From the NCBI GenBank assembly GCA_051362555.1, contig CM120649.1:8370001-8434000 (forward strand): DNA of 64,000 bases. Reading direction: 5' to 3'. Both the position numbers and the translations under genes were made by a program. This document shows positions 25,533 to 38,960 of this stretch, one piece after another. The first letter of the stretch is position 1. Every line of letters starts with the position of its first letter. Under the pieces are notes generated by a model. The model was not told the DNA's origin, did no database searches, and worked only from the letters and a program-made list of their open reading frames with translations. This DNA is from Lingula anatina. Its lineage: Eukaryota > Animalia > Brachiopoda.

Positions 25533-28500
25533 GCTTACAGATTGTTACAGATTATCCCAGATTATTGCATGACAGCCACTCTCTAATCCGTCGCATCTAC
25601 CCCGAGCAGGCCCTGTTACATTATTTTTACATGTACGCTATTCAGAATCAGGTAGATAAAAAGCACTAAAATAAAAGGCGTAAAATGTGCAAAGGATTTA
25701 AATCTTCACAGAAATCCATTTGCATATAACTGAACTTTGATTCCAGGGACACTTAATGGTATAGATATAACTCTGTGGGAGTGTTTCGATAATACGTAAT
25801 TGATATATGGCTATGGCTATTGACTTTTGTTTTGTTGATTGCAAAATCGTGAGAGTCGCATTGTTTATAATAGTAACGGTCAAGGTCGCAGGAGGGGATT
25901 CGTCGATTTGACTGGTGACACGGCCAATCATAACACTGATAGGAAAAAAGCCCAGTCTAATTCTTCAAATTTGGTATATTGGCAAGAAATGCGAAGTTAG
26001 CGGACCCAAAATCAGTTACTTTGGGACATTTAGAGTTTACACTCCCAAAAACACCAATATTTTACATTCGCGAAAATGGAATAGCATTTTCATTTCTTAA
26101 CATATTCCGGCTACACCTCGTGGACTATAGTCCCAAAACCAACATTATATTTTCTGTAAACAACCCAGGCCTTACCTGATAAATGGTATGAACTTCTATA
26201 CACGTGAACACCAGTTAACCTGGCCGTTGGAATAAAACTGGCAGTATGAATAGTCGTGTTACTGCCGTCGTGTTTGTTGGCTCTGCGGAACTTCCTGTTA
26301 AAATGTGCGTCACAAAAATTCCAAAAATGAATAGAGAATAAATAAATAAAAGAATAGAGATCAATTGAGATAATTGAATATACAGCTGAATAAACAGATA
26401 TGAAAGAAATACATTTGCTGGCAATATCAACATTACCGTACAATTAAGATGTATATTAAAGGGATAACAACTTCATTTTGGCAAAAAAAAATTAATTTTC
26501 CTGGGGTAAACAGCAATTTTCCCATACTTACCAATGGTCAATGAATCCATTTCTACATTCACAGTGAGTCCCTGTTTTTTTTTTTGTTTTTGTTTTTTTT
26601 TTTTTTTTTTTTTTTTTGCAATAATCTCTTAAGAGGTTATTACAGAGTATAGCTTTCTATGGAAGTCATATGGTCGGATGGCAAGGATATATTTCAGATT
26701 TATGGCTATTACTGTCATTTTTGTGACAAAATAGAATATATTATATTTCAATGAGTTGTTTACAATGTATTTATAGCGAAATATAGATCTCATATGAAGA
26801 GTTGTTCTCCCTTTAATCGAGTAGGCTACACCTGTAAATTATTGCCACAAGAGACCCAACCAAATACCATCACATACTTTCGAAAAGTATTATACCACCG
26901 TATCCTTCTATAATTTCCTTTTGTCAGTTTTTTTCTTTCCACTGCAAACACTTGGGGGAGGGATAAGCAGGTTAAGTTAACGAGGAGGTATTTGAAGAAG
27001 ACGCAATTTTTAAAGCTTTTTGTCGGTTGGGCGCGTAATTACTTTGGAATATTTTTTGGCTTGTTTTCTTTCGGTTGTGCCAGAAAGTGATAGTAGTCAT
27101 AAGTTAGCTTTAAAGGGAATGTAAATATCTGCTTTTGGTTGATATGTATATTTAACAGCATGAAGCGAAATGAATCTGGAAGCCGGTTTAACCCCATTCC
27201 CCTTGAATTTCTGCAACGCTCATGCTATAGTATACCCACATGTTTAAGAAATTTGATCTAAAAATATATGTGCCCTAGTCCAGGTTCAATTCACATCCAG
27301 ACATATACAAACATTTTAAAACTAAAATTAAAAAAAAATATTTTAAAAAAACTTTTAGTCCATAAAATTTCTCTTGCAGATGTTTTCAACGGAAGTTACG
27401 TACCAAGAAGCGAAGCTCCAATCAGTGTAGTACATATGCCGATCGTCCACGGCAATGCCAAAGTAGTAGCGATTAACAGCAGTTCCAGCTTCAATCAAAG
27501 ATCGTCTGTTACTTCCATCTGGGTCGGACACTTCAATTTTGGAATAATTTCCATCGCACCAATAAAGTTTCTGTTCTGTAAAACAAGATTTTGGGTAAGC
27601 ATAAATGTTCATTAGCTTGGTAGTTAGATCATGCATGAAAGTTGTCAAGCACAAGCCAAAAAACCTTCATACCAGTATCTCACGGCCAACCTTGACGTAG
27701 GCCTTCATCAGACTGATAATATCTCAATAATAAAATGATAATATTTAAATGAAACATTCTGTAATTGTACAGATTGTTATGTATTATAGTTCAGAGGCCT
27801 ATAACTACAACGAATAAATTCATCATCATCATCAGTGTTCAATTCATATGTATTGCCAGCTGTCACCTATGGTTCAGAGACATGGACAATGAATGCATCC
27901 ATGACAACGGCTACAAGAAGCACAGAAAAGGAGGGAAAGAAGCATGTTGAACATCAGGGTAAGAGACGGAAAGACCATTTAGGGGATAAGATCACAGACC
28001 AAGGGAAAGGGTATACTGCTTACAATTTAAGTAATGAAGTAGAGATGGGCAGGGCATGTCAGTAGAATCAAAGATTACATATGGACAATAATGCTGACAG
28101 AATGAACACCAAAATATAGACATAGGAAACAAGGGAAGACTCATAAAAAACGGAGGGATGAATTTGATGAGTACTGCAAACAATTAAAACTTGAAGTGTG
28201 AAGTCCAAGACAGAAAGCACTGGAAGAAACATGCTAAGGCTTTTGCCCAACAATGGAATACTTTAGGCTCTGAATGCTGCTGATGATGATTTCTAAACGG
28301 ACCATATAAAAAAGAAATTATCATTATGATATGAAGTCTTATTATTTCAATAGCCGTTCAAATCTCACCAGGGATGTCAATATCTATTCCATTCGGCCTT
28401 GACAGATCCGTGTCTGCTACAGTTTGTCTGTTTTCGCCGTCCATGTGGGCTCGTTCTATCTTTGGTTCCTCACCCCAATCTGTCCAATACATCCAGCTGT

Positions 28501-29306
28501 AACAAAGTATGGAAGAGACGTTTACAAACGTCTTACGTCACGTAACACCATGACGCGAAACATTGTGCTGAACAAGGTTTTACAATATATAGTCACATGA
28601 TCTCCTCCATAAAACTACATGCGTATGGAATATTATAATTATGAGTGTTTTGGCCCTAGTAATTAAGGATGGCAGCCTCTCATGTTACGTCACTAAACGC
28701 CATGTAATATATGTAACATCGCACCAGCTGCTGTAATATTTATTGTAACTTTGACTGGCTTATAAATACTGTCTAGATGCTATTGTTCAATTATTTGAGG
28801 ACAAAAAGAAATTACTGATCGCGTCTAACTATTATGTGTCGCCAGGAAAAATATTTATTTTGTGACTTTTGTGCATCTCATTAAACAATCACAAAAATTT
28901 CGACCCGCCTTTTTACCTTTGATTGTAAAGAGCTAAAGCAGAGCAGTGTATGTTTAGCATAATGTTAGTGCATATTTTAAAAACAATAAGTTTAAGACAC
29001 AAAAAACATCAATTCCAAATTTTGATAATGTCAACCCTAAAAAGAGGGAAAAAACTCGTAAATACCCGTTTAGTGGATCCAACGCCAAAGCTCTCGGCCT
29101 ATCCAATCCAGTTCTTAACAAAATCTTGTGCTGGGAGCCGTCCAATCTCATCGCACCCACGGTGTCATACCTGCGCTCGGTGTAGTACAATAGGCGGGAA
29201 ATATGGTCAACTGTAACGGCGTCTTGTACGCTCCCTGAGAAGAGAAGTTTGGCCTTTAAAACGACCCTTCTCTCACCTTTCACCTCTGTGTGTGTGTGTG
29301 TGTCTG

Positions 29307-29339
<33 letters not shown>

Positions 29340-29340
29340 T

Positions 29341-29392
<52 letters not shown>

Positions 29393-31719
29393 GGGGGGGG
29401 GGGGGAGGGGTGTCGAGGGGTGTGTCAATATCCCTGAAATTTAAATTCCGAATCTGTCAATGTAAATAGATGTAGATCACACTTACCAATAGTGAAATTA
29501 AAGACCGTTTCCGGCTCTGTTCCATCAATATTTACTCTTCTTATTTTAGCAAAGGTGACATATTCAGTCCAGTAAACCCGCTGCTCTACTGGGTCGTAAC
29601 TTGTGGACATGGGGTTATTACACTGGGAATAAATGGTGTGTAGGTTCCACTGGATCAGATCAACCTGCCATATTACTCCGTTTTCTCTGTCCGTGAAAAT
29701 AAGGAAGTCATCGGTCACATAGCCACTGCAGACTTAATTGAAAGTAAGAGGCAAAGAAATGATAAGACAAAAATGATTTTAAAATGAACTGCATTTAATT
29801 TACAGTTTATGATAGAAGTCGGGCGCTTAACTGTTTGTTGGTCAAAATTGGCAATCTTAGTACTTTCGATTTCAAATATTTTACTGAAGAAATTCCAAAA
29901 AAGAAAAAAATCAAAGGACCCCCAATGATTGTAAAAAAAGTAAATCAAGTTTAACAACCATCATTACACTCATTGTCCTAACAATGATAAGGTAACGCAG
30001 AAAATATGTGACATTTTTCACAGTGAATAGGCGTTACCCACGTATCCGTCAGCTAGTACCAATATCATTTACTTTAACGCAATCGCGAAGGTCTTTCATC
30101 TATGAGACAGAACAACATAATCTGTGAAATATGACCCAATGAGCGGAATAGGAGAGGTATACATATATAGACACTGCTTTTGCCAAAACAAATATTTGGG
30201 TAACGGTAATGGCCCAAAAATTTCATGTACTGTGATCCAGAATGCGTTTCAAGAAGTAAATACAAAAAAACATCGGTATCAAAAACCATATTTTTCCTTA
30301 CCACTCTATTTCGTATCATTTAACTTTTGTGTTATATGAAAAACCCAATTGCAACCACCCTTTATAGCCTGGTCCACAAATGCGCGTTATCAAAAAAACT
30401 GTGGTAATTTCATACATTTTGAGCTTCAAATACGGTCTTTATGTTCACTAGAATGAACCTTTTCACAACCCTGTTATTATCATATTCACATACTAGGGGA
30501 CTTTTGAATACTGTTCAGTCGATCATGATTCAAGGACGTAAAGGCTATTGATTACAGAAGCGACAAAAGTTTCTTTTTCTTAACTCTCTGTTGTTATGTT
30601 TTGCTATTTCGTATGACCTAGGTTGGCAGACTGACAAAATCATTGTTCAGTACCAAGAAATTTCTACACAGAGCAATATAATCCCATTCAGTTTAAAAGA
30701 TTTATGTATCTTGTCACGTTTTCGAATTCAAGGTTGAATTGAATCTTTGAAAGAAATGGTGTTTCTTTTAACGTTAAATAGTTAAGATTTAATTAATCAC
30801 AAATTAGCAAAATGCACGTAGGTCAATTGTATATAAGTCAGGGAAGGAACAAGTGTATAGGTACAGTTTTGTTAAGAGTCCACTGGAACAATGATTGTTT
30901 TTATGTATTGGAATGGAGTGGATAACGTCACAGCACATGAGATTACAAAAAACTGGTCAATTCAATACGCTACCTTAATGCTTAAAGCAATTGCCTAGTA
31001 ATAAATGATAAATACTCCATTGACTAAATAAGAATAAATGATTTTAGGCCACGCAAAAGAAGCAAGAACTTAACAGGGACAATAAAGGCGTGATCATTTC
31101 GATGGAGACTTATAACTACTGTATATGTATTAAGGTGGTTGTTTTGTCCTTTCTTAACTTTGTTACTAACTGGTAAACACTCGAAGGAGGGGAGAGTTTT
31201 TTAATTTATTTTGTTTATTTTTTTTTTACAATGACAATTATTTGAGGGAATATTAATGGAAGGTTATAATTTTACCCCGTCCCTCCAAAATGTACTTAGA
31301 TAATATGAAAGTAAAGTATTAAACATGGCATTATGGGTTTCAGAGACTCGGTGTGGACTTTTTCAAGATTTAGGGTACCCTATCTGCATCGGTAAAACGC
31401 TACTTTCCGCTTGCGTCCCTTGCTGTTAGAAGGGAGACAGAAAGAATCCCTTTTAGAAAATTCGGATAAATGACCTTTCTTTTCGAAACCGCCCTATTAT
31501 CAGTCTGTGTCATTATTCCGGTTTTCAGAGTACAAACCGTACCGTAATTATACAAATATCTTCTTGTGACTCTGTGCAGTTTGGAAAACTCGTCAGTTAC
31601 ACATTAAATACATGTACCTGTCATTATACAAAAATATGTGAACAAATTAAAGCCATCTTACCTGAGGATGATAATAAATACACCAATAACAAACCCCCAA
31701 ACTTCTTCAAGCGATCCAT
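21063..31719 (-). CDS. LRP-like type I membrane protein: signal peptide, single YWTD beta-propeller, EGF, Thr-rich mucin stalk, TM, Tyr-motif tail
   Basis: Exons 31719-31662 ([19 protein letters not shown]), 29732-29487 (RVYWTE), 29234-29066 ([14 protein letters not shown]), 28496-28369 ([20 protein letters not shown]), 27575-27404 (LYWCD..MYYTDW), 26294-26176, 22735-22331 ([26 protein letters not shown] + poly-Thr), 21749-21641 (TM, RRRR). Probable tail ORF ~21349-21063, whose acceptor phase does not match directly. Confidence 0.85.
21907..22174. mobile_element. MITE with CCC(T)CTTAGCAAAAT termini (CMC/EnSpm-like)
   Basis: ccctcttagcaaaata...tattttgctaaggg TIRs; internal ttgctgcaaa/tttgcagcaa repeats. 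Confidence 0.5.
22778..22946 (+). mobile_element. MITE family A (CAGGGGCGGAT termini, 5-bp TSD), copy 1
   Basis: taaag|caggggcggat...atccgcccctg|taaag; homologs at 45228, 56736 and 63090. Confidence 0.8.
22947..23173. mobile_element. MITE with ~50-bp near-perfect TIRs (Kolobok-like taaagg ends)
   Basis: taaagggtaccggaggagatcagcattggtcagaattgtgccggaagtg...cacttccggcacaattctgaccaatgctgatctcctccggtacccttta. Confidence 0.75.
23390..23530. repeat. Dispersed repeat fragment, inverted homolog of 25970-26110
   Basis: gctattccattttt..gtaaaatattgg..ttttgggtccgctaacttc is the reverse complement of gaagttagcggacccaaaa..ccaatattttac..aaaatggaatagc at ~25990-26090; both copies lie in the same intron. Confidence 0.6.
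24754..25004 (+). mobile_element. Helentron-associated/DINE-1-like non-autonomous element
   Basis: aactagaaaagctctccgagagcgcagacctccgccaagg at the 5' end, (gaca)n microsatellite, 3' acctccttggcggaggt (inverted partner of the subterminal repeat). A related 5' end occurs at ~5435-5478. Confidence 0.6.
27835..28290 (+). mobile_element. RTE-clade LINE 3' fragment, degenerate
   Basis: [17 protein letters not shown], later RWAGHVSR in another frame; ends in a (tga)n tail. Confidence 0.7.
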
Positions 31720-33177
31720 TGCACCAGGGTCGATATTGCAATTGTGGGAACAATATATCAGGATGCCTGTCAGATCTTGTTAAAATTTTGTGAGTTTTTC
31801 TCTTGATAAACCTGTCTGGTCCCAGCCTACTGTGACATCAAGTTACTTAGTCTGTTCCTGATTTTTGGAACTAATTTCCTTTCCTTTTCAGTATGATCCA
31901 CGTCGTTGGAGAGCTAAAGTGTCCTATTCAGTTTGCACAGTTCAGTCGAAAATGAAACTTGGCGTCATCCGGGCCTTTGCCTTGTTTCTATAATGCGACG
32001 AAATGTACAGCGGTTTTGCGCAGTATTATTTTGCCTGTTAGAAAAGCGCAGAACTGACGCGCGAAGATCTTTCAATAAATATTCAGGTTAATTCAAGATT
32101 GAATATAAAATGCTGGCTATTAATATTTAAGCATAATCAAAATTTCCGCTGCTGTTATCTCGTTTAAGTTATATTTTTTTAGTTGGACCTCAAAATATGC
32201 GCTTGGGTCATTTGCACACTGTCCCATGAATGCAAACTACTTCCTGGTTGTATAGGTCGATACAATGTGAAGAACGTGATTCGTGGACGAGAAGCGTCTA
32301 GGTAACTTTGTTGATTGTGCATTCTCAATAACGTAGTTTTTCAGTTATCATTTACAGCCATGTATATATCATTATGCGACTGTGCATCCTGCTGTAATAT
32401 AATCAGGCTAGAGGCACTAGGTCCCGTGCATGTGTCTTTAAGAGAAATCGTCTCGCTCTTTTCTGTGTCGCAGGGTGAGATGACAGAGACGCTCCGTGAC
32501 TCAAGGACATGGAAATAGTTATAAAATTAATCAGCGCTGCCCGTGGCGAATTCTCTACTAGAAATAATTTTCATTTAGAAATCGTCGACACAAACCTAAG
32601 TACTATGTGTAAATTCTAGTGGTAGTACGGTTCTGAGCCGACCTAAATTATGTATCGAGTAAACATGACCAAGACGAGAAGTGTATTATTACAGTAAATA
32701 ACCCGCTGTCAAATTTTCTACCAACAAAGAAATGCATCAATACTAATTGTTTGACTGGTAACCTTTAACAAAGAATAGAGGGCCTTGTAAGCATATCCTC
32801 ATATCCCTTAAGAACTCAGACCATTTTGCAGATAATATAGTGGGACATTTCAACAGCTCCTTTAATTAGAGAAAATAACAAAAAACAAAAGTTAAAAAAG
32901 TCACGATATAAGGCAAATTCAAGTTGGGGATTAAAAAATATTGTTTTTTTCTTATTATTTTGAGGGTGAGGGATGAGGGACCTGTTGTTAATTTTTCCAC
33001 GCCAACATACCCGAACGACACTGGCAACCGATGTTCCATTAGTTTAGCGAAATATGTGTGGCGAGAATTAGTTAAGAAGAATATGTATAACGGAATAGGT
33101 ATAACGAGAATGGTGTTCTGAAATATGATGTTCTTATGGTTGTGTGTAAGAGAGAGAGAGAGTGAGAGAGGTTTTAC

Positions 33178-33281
33178 CAGCGTCTTCCCAGGAAAACTAT
33201 TATGCTCACCACCACCACTATAACAGCAGCCAGCGGTAAAGCCACTGCAACACCAATAGCCAGTGCTTGATGAGTCTATGC
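33178..33281 (-). pseudogene. Orphan paralogous copy of the receptor TM exon with 5-bp deletion
   Basis: gaaag|GCATAGACTCATCAAGCA-----CTGGCTATTGGTGTTGCAGTGGC...GGAAGACGCTG|gtaaaa aligns to 21749-21641 (104 vs 109 nt); encodes LAIGVAVALPLAAVIVVVVSIIVFLGRR after the frameshift; a (ct)n tract follows the donor in both copies. Confidence 0.7.
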
Positions 33282-33547
33282 CTTTCACTACTGGCATCAC
33301 CAAAACTATTGATAAAATCAAAAATAAAAGATTTATCGGAAAATAAAGAATTCGACAAAATTATGAACATAATTTCAAAATATCAAAACTGTACGATCTA
33401 CTGGTGTTACGATACAGTGGACAGCAACAGCGGGAGATATTTAGCAGAACAAAGCTGACAGATAAAAGGGCATCAAACAATATAAAACAATGCAACGCTA
33501 TTTGCAATAATACTAATTATTATTATTATTATAAGTGTGCCGTACCC

Positions 33548-33590
<43 letters not shown>

Positions 33591-34977
33591 TTGTGATACT
33601 GCATCGCATCAAAGAGCGTATTGAAATCTGACAATAGCAAGATCTATAAACCCATTTTTTAGTTTATATGTATATGTCCCTCAATTTTGAGTCAATCTCG
33701 TGACGGAGATATATACAAGTGGTATTTCAGTCGTCAGGTTGAAAATAAAACTTTAAAACTCATAAGCAGGCGTAAAGTCCGTAACATCCTCAACAATGAC
33801 GTCATTGTTTAAATTCATTAAAGTCAAACATACATTGTACAGTATCCGTCAACAATCTTAATTACAGCTTTAAAATTGTAAGTGGTGTTTTAAATAGTGG
33901 TGTTTTATGCAGAAATGTCGTGATCATTGTTGGATAATATATATAAACGTTCTGAAACAGTGAATTATGTCCACTCTTAAAGCGGTGTGGTATATTGCAA
34001 AAAGATGCTCGGGGCGGGAAGGGTGTTGCTATTAAAGCCCTGCAATTCGTGCGAATCGATACAATGTTTGGCACTTGTCTAGATTTATAGAGTCTTTATT
34101 CCATTAATAAAAAAACTGTAAAAAAAACTCCGACTACATGATATTCATAATGTCATTCGTGATACCAGTGTGTTCCAACATCCGACATGTAGCCACTTCA
34201 TAATATGTTTTCTCTAGATCATCTTTTGTTTATTTTGTCTTTTACAGTAATTTGTTGATTAAATGAACAGCAGGCTGGGGGGGGGGGGGTCGAGATGTTT
34301 GTAAAAACAACAGTTATGACAGGAAAGAAAACATCTACTCTGATTCAAATATTGACGCACATGTAGGTACTAAACGTATCTAATTCCTTATGCCTCTGTC
34401 AGTACCGGCCGTACGGGCTCTTACAGCCTGTTTGCATCCAAATTTTGCGCAGCATCTCACGCGCCGCGCAAGTCCTAAGCACGTACGGAGGATGTTGGGC
34501 ATGTCCAAAAGATTCTACGAATAATCTGCGAACAGCGAGGCGGCAAACGTAACTTGCTCTACTCACATTCGCAAGTGAGACGTGCGCATGGGCGTAACCA
34601 GACCTTTTAAAATTGTGCGCACACATTTTCAAAATTTCCAGGTACAGCTAAATGTAGACTTACAACAAATGAAGGGTAGTTTAAATTATATGTGCTAAAT
34701 ACATGTTTCATCACTTAACGTTAAAAATATTCCCACGATATAGTTAAGTTCCAGTATATTATTTCACCCAGAAACAACTTTTTTCCGGGATTGGCGGTAC
34801 AGGCCGTCCAAAATTGCCATCTGTAACTCCCTTCAAAATTTCAGCTCGGCCAGCTTTCTAAGTGTCATGAACGGGGAGGGGGGTGAATTAAATGAAAAAA
34901 TATCTTTAAAATAATAGATTTCAAGGGGGGGGGAGAGTTGAAAATAAACGATAACTATCTTCCGCTGGCGCTCTTAA

Positions 34978-35365
34978 ATGAATATGATAATTGCCTTTTC
35001 GTCTCGCTCGGATCGCGAACGATCCTCGGCTGCCGATATTCTGCGAATGAAGTCTCTTGAACGAATATGAAAATTGCCTTCTAGGTTCGCTCAGATCGCG
35101 AACGACCTCCCACTGAAGATATGAGAATTGCCTCCTCGTCTCGCTCGGATCGGTAACGATCTTCAGCTGAAGATCATCCGAGAACGAAGTCCATTGAACG
35201 ACTATGAAAATTGCTTTCTCGTTTCGCTCGGATCGAGATCGATCTCCCGCTTAAGATATGAAAACTGCCTTCTTGTCTCGCTGGGGTAGGTAACTATATC
35301 TCTTGCTCCCGATCATCGGCTAACTAAGCCTCTTGAACAAATATGAAAATTGCCTTCTCGTCTCT
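34978..35365. repeat. Degenerate minisatellite (units built on atatgaaaattgccttctcgtctcgctcggatcg)
   Basis: About 6 divergent copies of the motif at ~34982, 35064, 35118, 35202, 35255 and 35341. Confidence 0.7.
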
Positions 35366-35379
35366 TGGAAATGTTCAGT

Positions 35380-36766
35380 GCTCTTCCTTTCTTTAGTAGA
35401 GCATACATTGCAGCTGTAGCTTTTTTGCATTTTGGCATTTTTAAAAGTATTCTTTGTTTTGTAGGAATGATCCCGACTGCGAGAAGTATATTCCAAGATA
35501 CTTAAAATGCTTAACAATTTCTATTTTCTTGCCGTTGTACGTGAATTCTAGGTTTTTTTGGCACTCTGCCTCTTGTGAATACCATCACTTTTGTCTTTTC
35601 TATGTTAACTCTAGTTTCCATGTACTGCAGTAAGTATTAAAAACATCTAGTTGAAGCTGTAGATCCTCTTTCGTTTCTGCTAAGAGTACAGTGCCATCCG
35701 CATATAACATGACCATTATTTTTAACAGAACACCTAATTCCTTCTCTATGTCTACTGATACAGATTTTAAGCCAGTTATGTCATGATTTTTCATGAAGTC
35801 TTCAAGATCGTTCAGGAAGAGAACGAAGAGTACAGGAGATAAGTTTTCACCTTGTCTTACCCTTTTTTTGCCAGCAAAGTAATCTGAGCTGCCATTTCTT
35901 GTAGATATTCGGGATTTGCGCCCATTATACATATTAACAATTAGTCTGTAACATAAACCATCTATTCCATATGAAACAAGTTTTTGCCAGAGCCCAGCCC
36001 TCCAGATGCTGTCAAAAGCACCCTTAAGATCAATGAAAGCGAAGAAAAGTTTTGACTTGGACATTCTGCACAGTTCCATAAGGCCATAGAGAGTGAACAT
36101 ACTGTCAGTTGTGGAGTAGCCGCGTCTAAACCCACTTTGGTTTTCATTTAACAATTGCTTGGAATCTAGGAAATTGTAAAGTCTAGCCCATATGATTGAT
36201 GTAAAAAGTTTCCCTAGACAACTAAGTATTGTTATGGGTCTGTAGTTACTTGGGTCAGCCTGGCTATCTTTGTTCTTATAAATTGGTAGTATGTTACCAA
36301 CTAACCATGCCTCTGTTATGATTCCAGAGTCTAGTACTTTGTTGAATAATTTGGTTTATGTTGAGAGCATGGTTTTGGGGGAGTCATTTAAGTATTCAGT
36401 CGTTATTCCAGCTGGCCCAGGTGCTTTGTTATTACTCAAATTCTTAACTGCCTTTTCGATTTCGGTTTGGGTGATAGGGTCATCTAGAATATTGTTTGGG
36501 GTTTTATACATGTTTATATGAGGTTTAATATCAACTTCATTGCAAGAGTTTATTTCTTTAAAGTAATCAAAAAAGGAGTTTATATTAAATTTTGCACTTT
36601 TTACATCATTCTTCTTACTTAGCAGTCTCCAGTATTCTCTCGGGTCTGTGCTCTTTAAACTTCTCAATTTTTTTCATCAGATCTACTTGGTGTTTTTTAA
36701 GACATCTGTTCATTGTGGATATGTATCTCTTTTCTGCATTACGCATCTCATCTTTAAGTTCCTTAG

Positions 36767-36841
<75 letters not shown>

Positions 36842-37500
36842 AAGACCTTCTGGCATTTCCTGAAAAGTTTTCTTGTTCTTAGGTAATCTTGATTAAACCA
36901 TTCCTGTTTTGTGATTTTGGTTTATAGTTGGGTTTTGGTGGGGGATTCAAGCCAAGTGTCTTTTTTGCAAAATCCAGTAAGATGGTTGCAACTTTATCAA
37001 ATAGATCATTAACAGTATCCTGTGTAAGGCTTACTTCATTTTCACTAAGGTAGGCATTAAGTTTTTAAATCTCAATTTCATCAATATTCTCGGTATATTC
37101 AGTGCCTTTATCAGCCTGCCATGGTTTTATTTTTGGTTGAGAAGGGGTGGTAGAATCTTTAATTGGTTAGGGATCAGTGGCTCATTTTTCTTCAATGTGC
37201 ATGATATTGCATGGTTTGTGTATATCAGAGTAGAGTACTAAAGTCTAGTACCTCTAACTTCTCTTTCAGGCTAAAATATGTACACTGCCTATGATATAGT
37301 CAATAACACTGGCTTTTCTGTGGTGAATTCTCCCTCGTCGAATCTTCCATTAGCAACAAAAAGTTTGTAATTTGCAAAAATCTAGGAAAAGTGCACCGAG
37401 TGTATTCTTTTGCTTATCTTTGGCTTTACGAATTTGTGGTAGTTCAGGTCAGTTAGCTTGCTTATGAAGGAGTTTATGTCAATTTCTGGGTCATCAAAAT
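35380..37500 (-). mobile_element. Degenerate non-LTR retrotransposon (APE + RT)
   Basis: ENQSGFRRGYSTTD, FIDLKGAFDSIWR, VRQGENLSPVLF, LYADG (YADD mutated); upstream NNKAPG and SVIDYI endonuclease-like pieces; frameshifts and a (TA)n insertion. Confidence 0.85.
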
Positions 37501-38960
37501 TGTATTCATGACATGACGGCTTTTCTGTATCGCCAGCGAGAGTGCGTTCGATACAATCAAGACAAAGGCTATCTGAGAGTTGACTTAACCCTCCAATTAA
37601 GAGGTAAACGGCTGTTTCATAATAAGGGTGAACATTTAAATGTGGTTAATGTTATAAGTGTCTGATAAATTAGGAATTTATGATTGGAGATTGGTGATAT
37701 ACTGATATCAAAGACACTGCTCATAGGAGCATATTTTGAGGGGGTATATACAGAATTGCAACAATATCCAACTGTGTACAAATATTAACGATTAACAAAA
37801 ATATTAAAACAGTTAAGGTGGTATTGAGAGATGTTAACATGACCGTTCTACATCTATATGCACGAATGGCATTCGAACTCTTGCCACATTAACATGTGTC
37901 CATTCAAAAAATTTGGATGTGGGTAATTTTTAAATGACTCTCACTTTTTGGGAGGGAGGGAGGGACTGAAAGGGCTGAGAGAGACATATAAAGATAAATG
38001 TGTGTGCTTAAAAAACTAGAAAGTAATATTCGCTTTGCCTCGACAATTATCTTCTCTATTTCGCTTAAAATTCAGCACCCTGTACTATATCTGTACCATC
38101 GTAATCCGATATGGGCTCGTTCATTTATTTATTTATTTATTTATATAATCATTGGTTAACATAATATTCTTTCTCTGTTATTCCATCTAACGTTAGCTAG
38201 GTTGAATGATTCTCATTTTAAGATTCTTGAATTGAACTTAAATAACCATGGGTTTCTCGGGTAGTAAAATTTCAGAAGTACTCAGGGCCATTTACAGGTA
38301 CGCTTACACATTTTTCATGTTTCTAGGGTTGGGAGGCTAGAAGGTGATTTTGGTGGCTTCTGCACCATAAAAATTACAATAATGGACCCCCCCCCCTACT
38401 AAAAAATACAATCGTTATGTTGCAAAATGCGATAAAAAATCGTTGAAAGGTTAATGACAGATATAAAGCATACTAAAAGAATTTTTGTCGAGCGACAGGT
38501 AGCAGCGATATCCTTTTTTATTCTGATTTTCGTGTGTTGACCGATACTTCCGAATTCTCGAAATAGAGACAAGGGAAGTCAACAATGTTAAAACACATGC
38601 AACTGTGTAAACTTAGATTTTTTATAAAATTTAAACCGTGGCAAGCATGAAAGGCTTTTGTTTATTTATATTATACATATAAAACATAATGGTACATGTA
38701 CTACATGTATAATGAAAAATCCGTTTTGTCCTGAAATTGACATTTTGTAGAAATTATAGTCTCAAACACGCCAAAATGTCGTCTGCGTGACATAGCCTTC
38801 GATGTGTTGTCGCTGTGCTTACTTGTACGTGACATGGCCGGGTCCCTTGGAGCATATATGAAAAAATCTTATGACAACTTATATTATTTTTCGTTGTTTT
38901 TGTATCGTTGTATATCTATTTGCCCAAAATTTTAAAAAATGTTTGTTAAAGAGTTCAAAT

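Noticed and set aside
32866-33321. ORF resembling a secreted Cys-rich peptide (GYWCCSGFTAGCCY)
   Set aside because: It is the shifted reading frame of the duplicated TM pseudo-exon; it has no ATG start and runs into a microsatellite.
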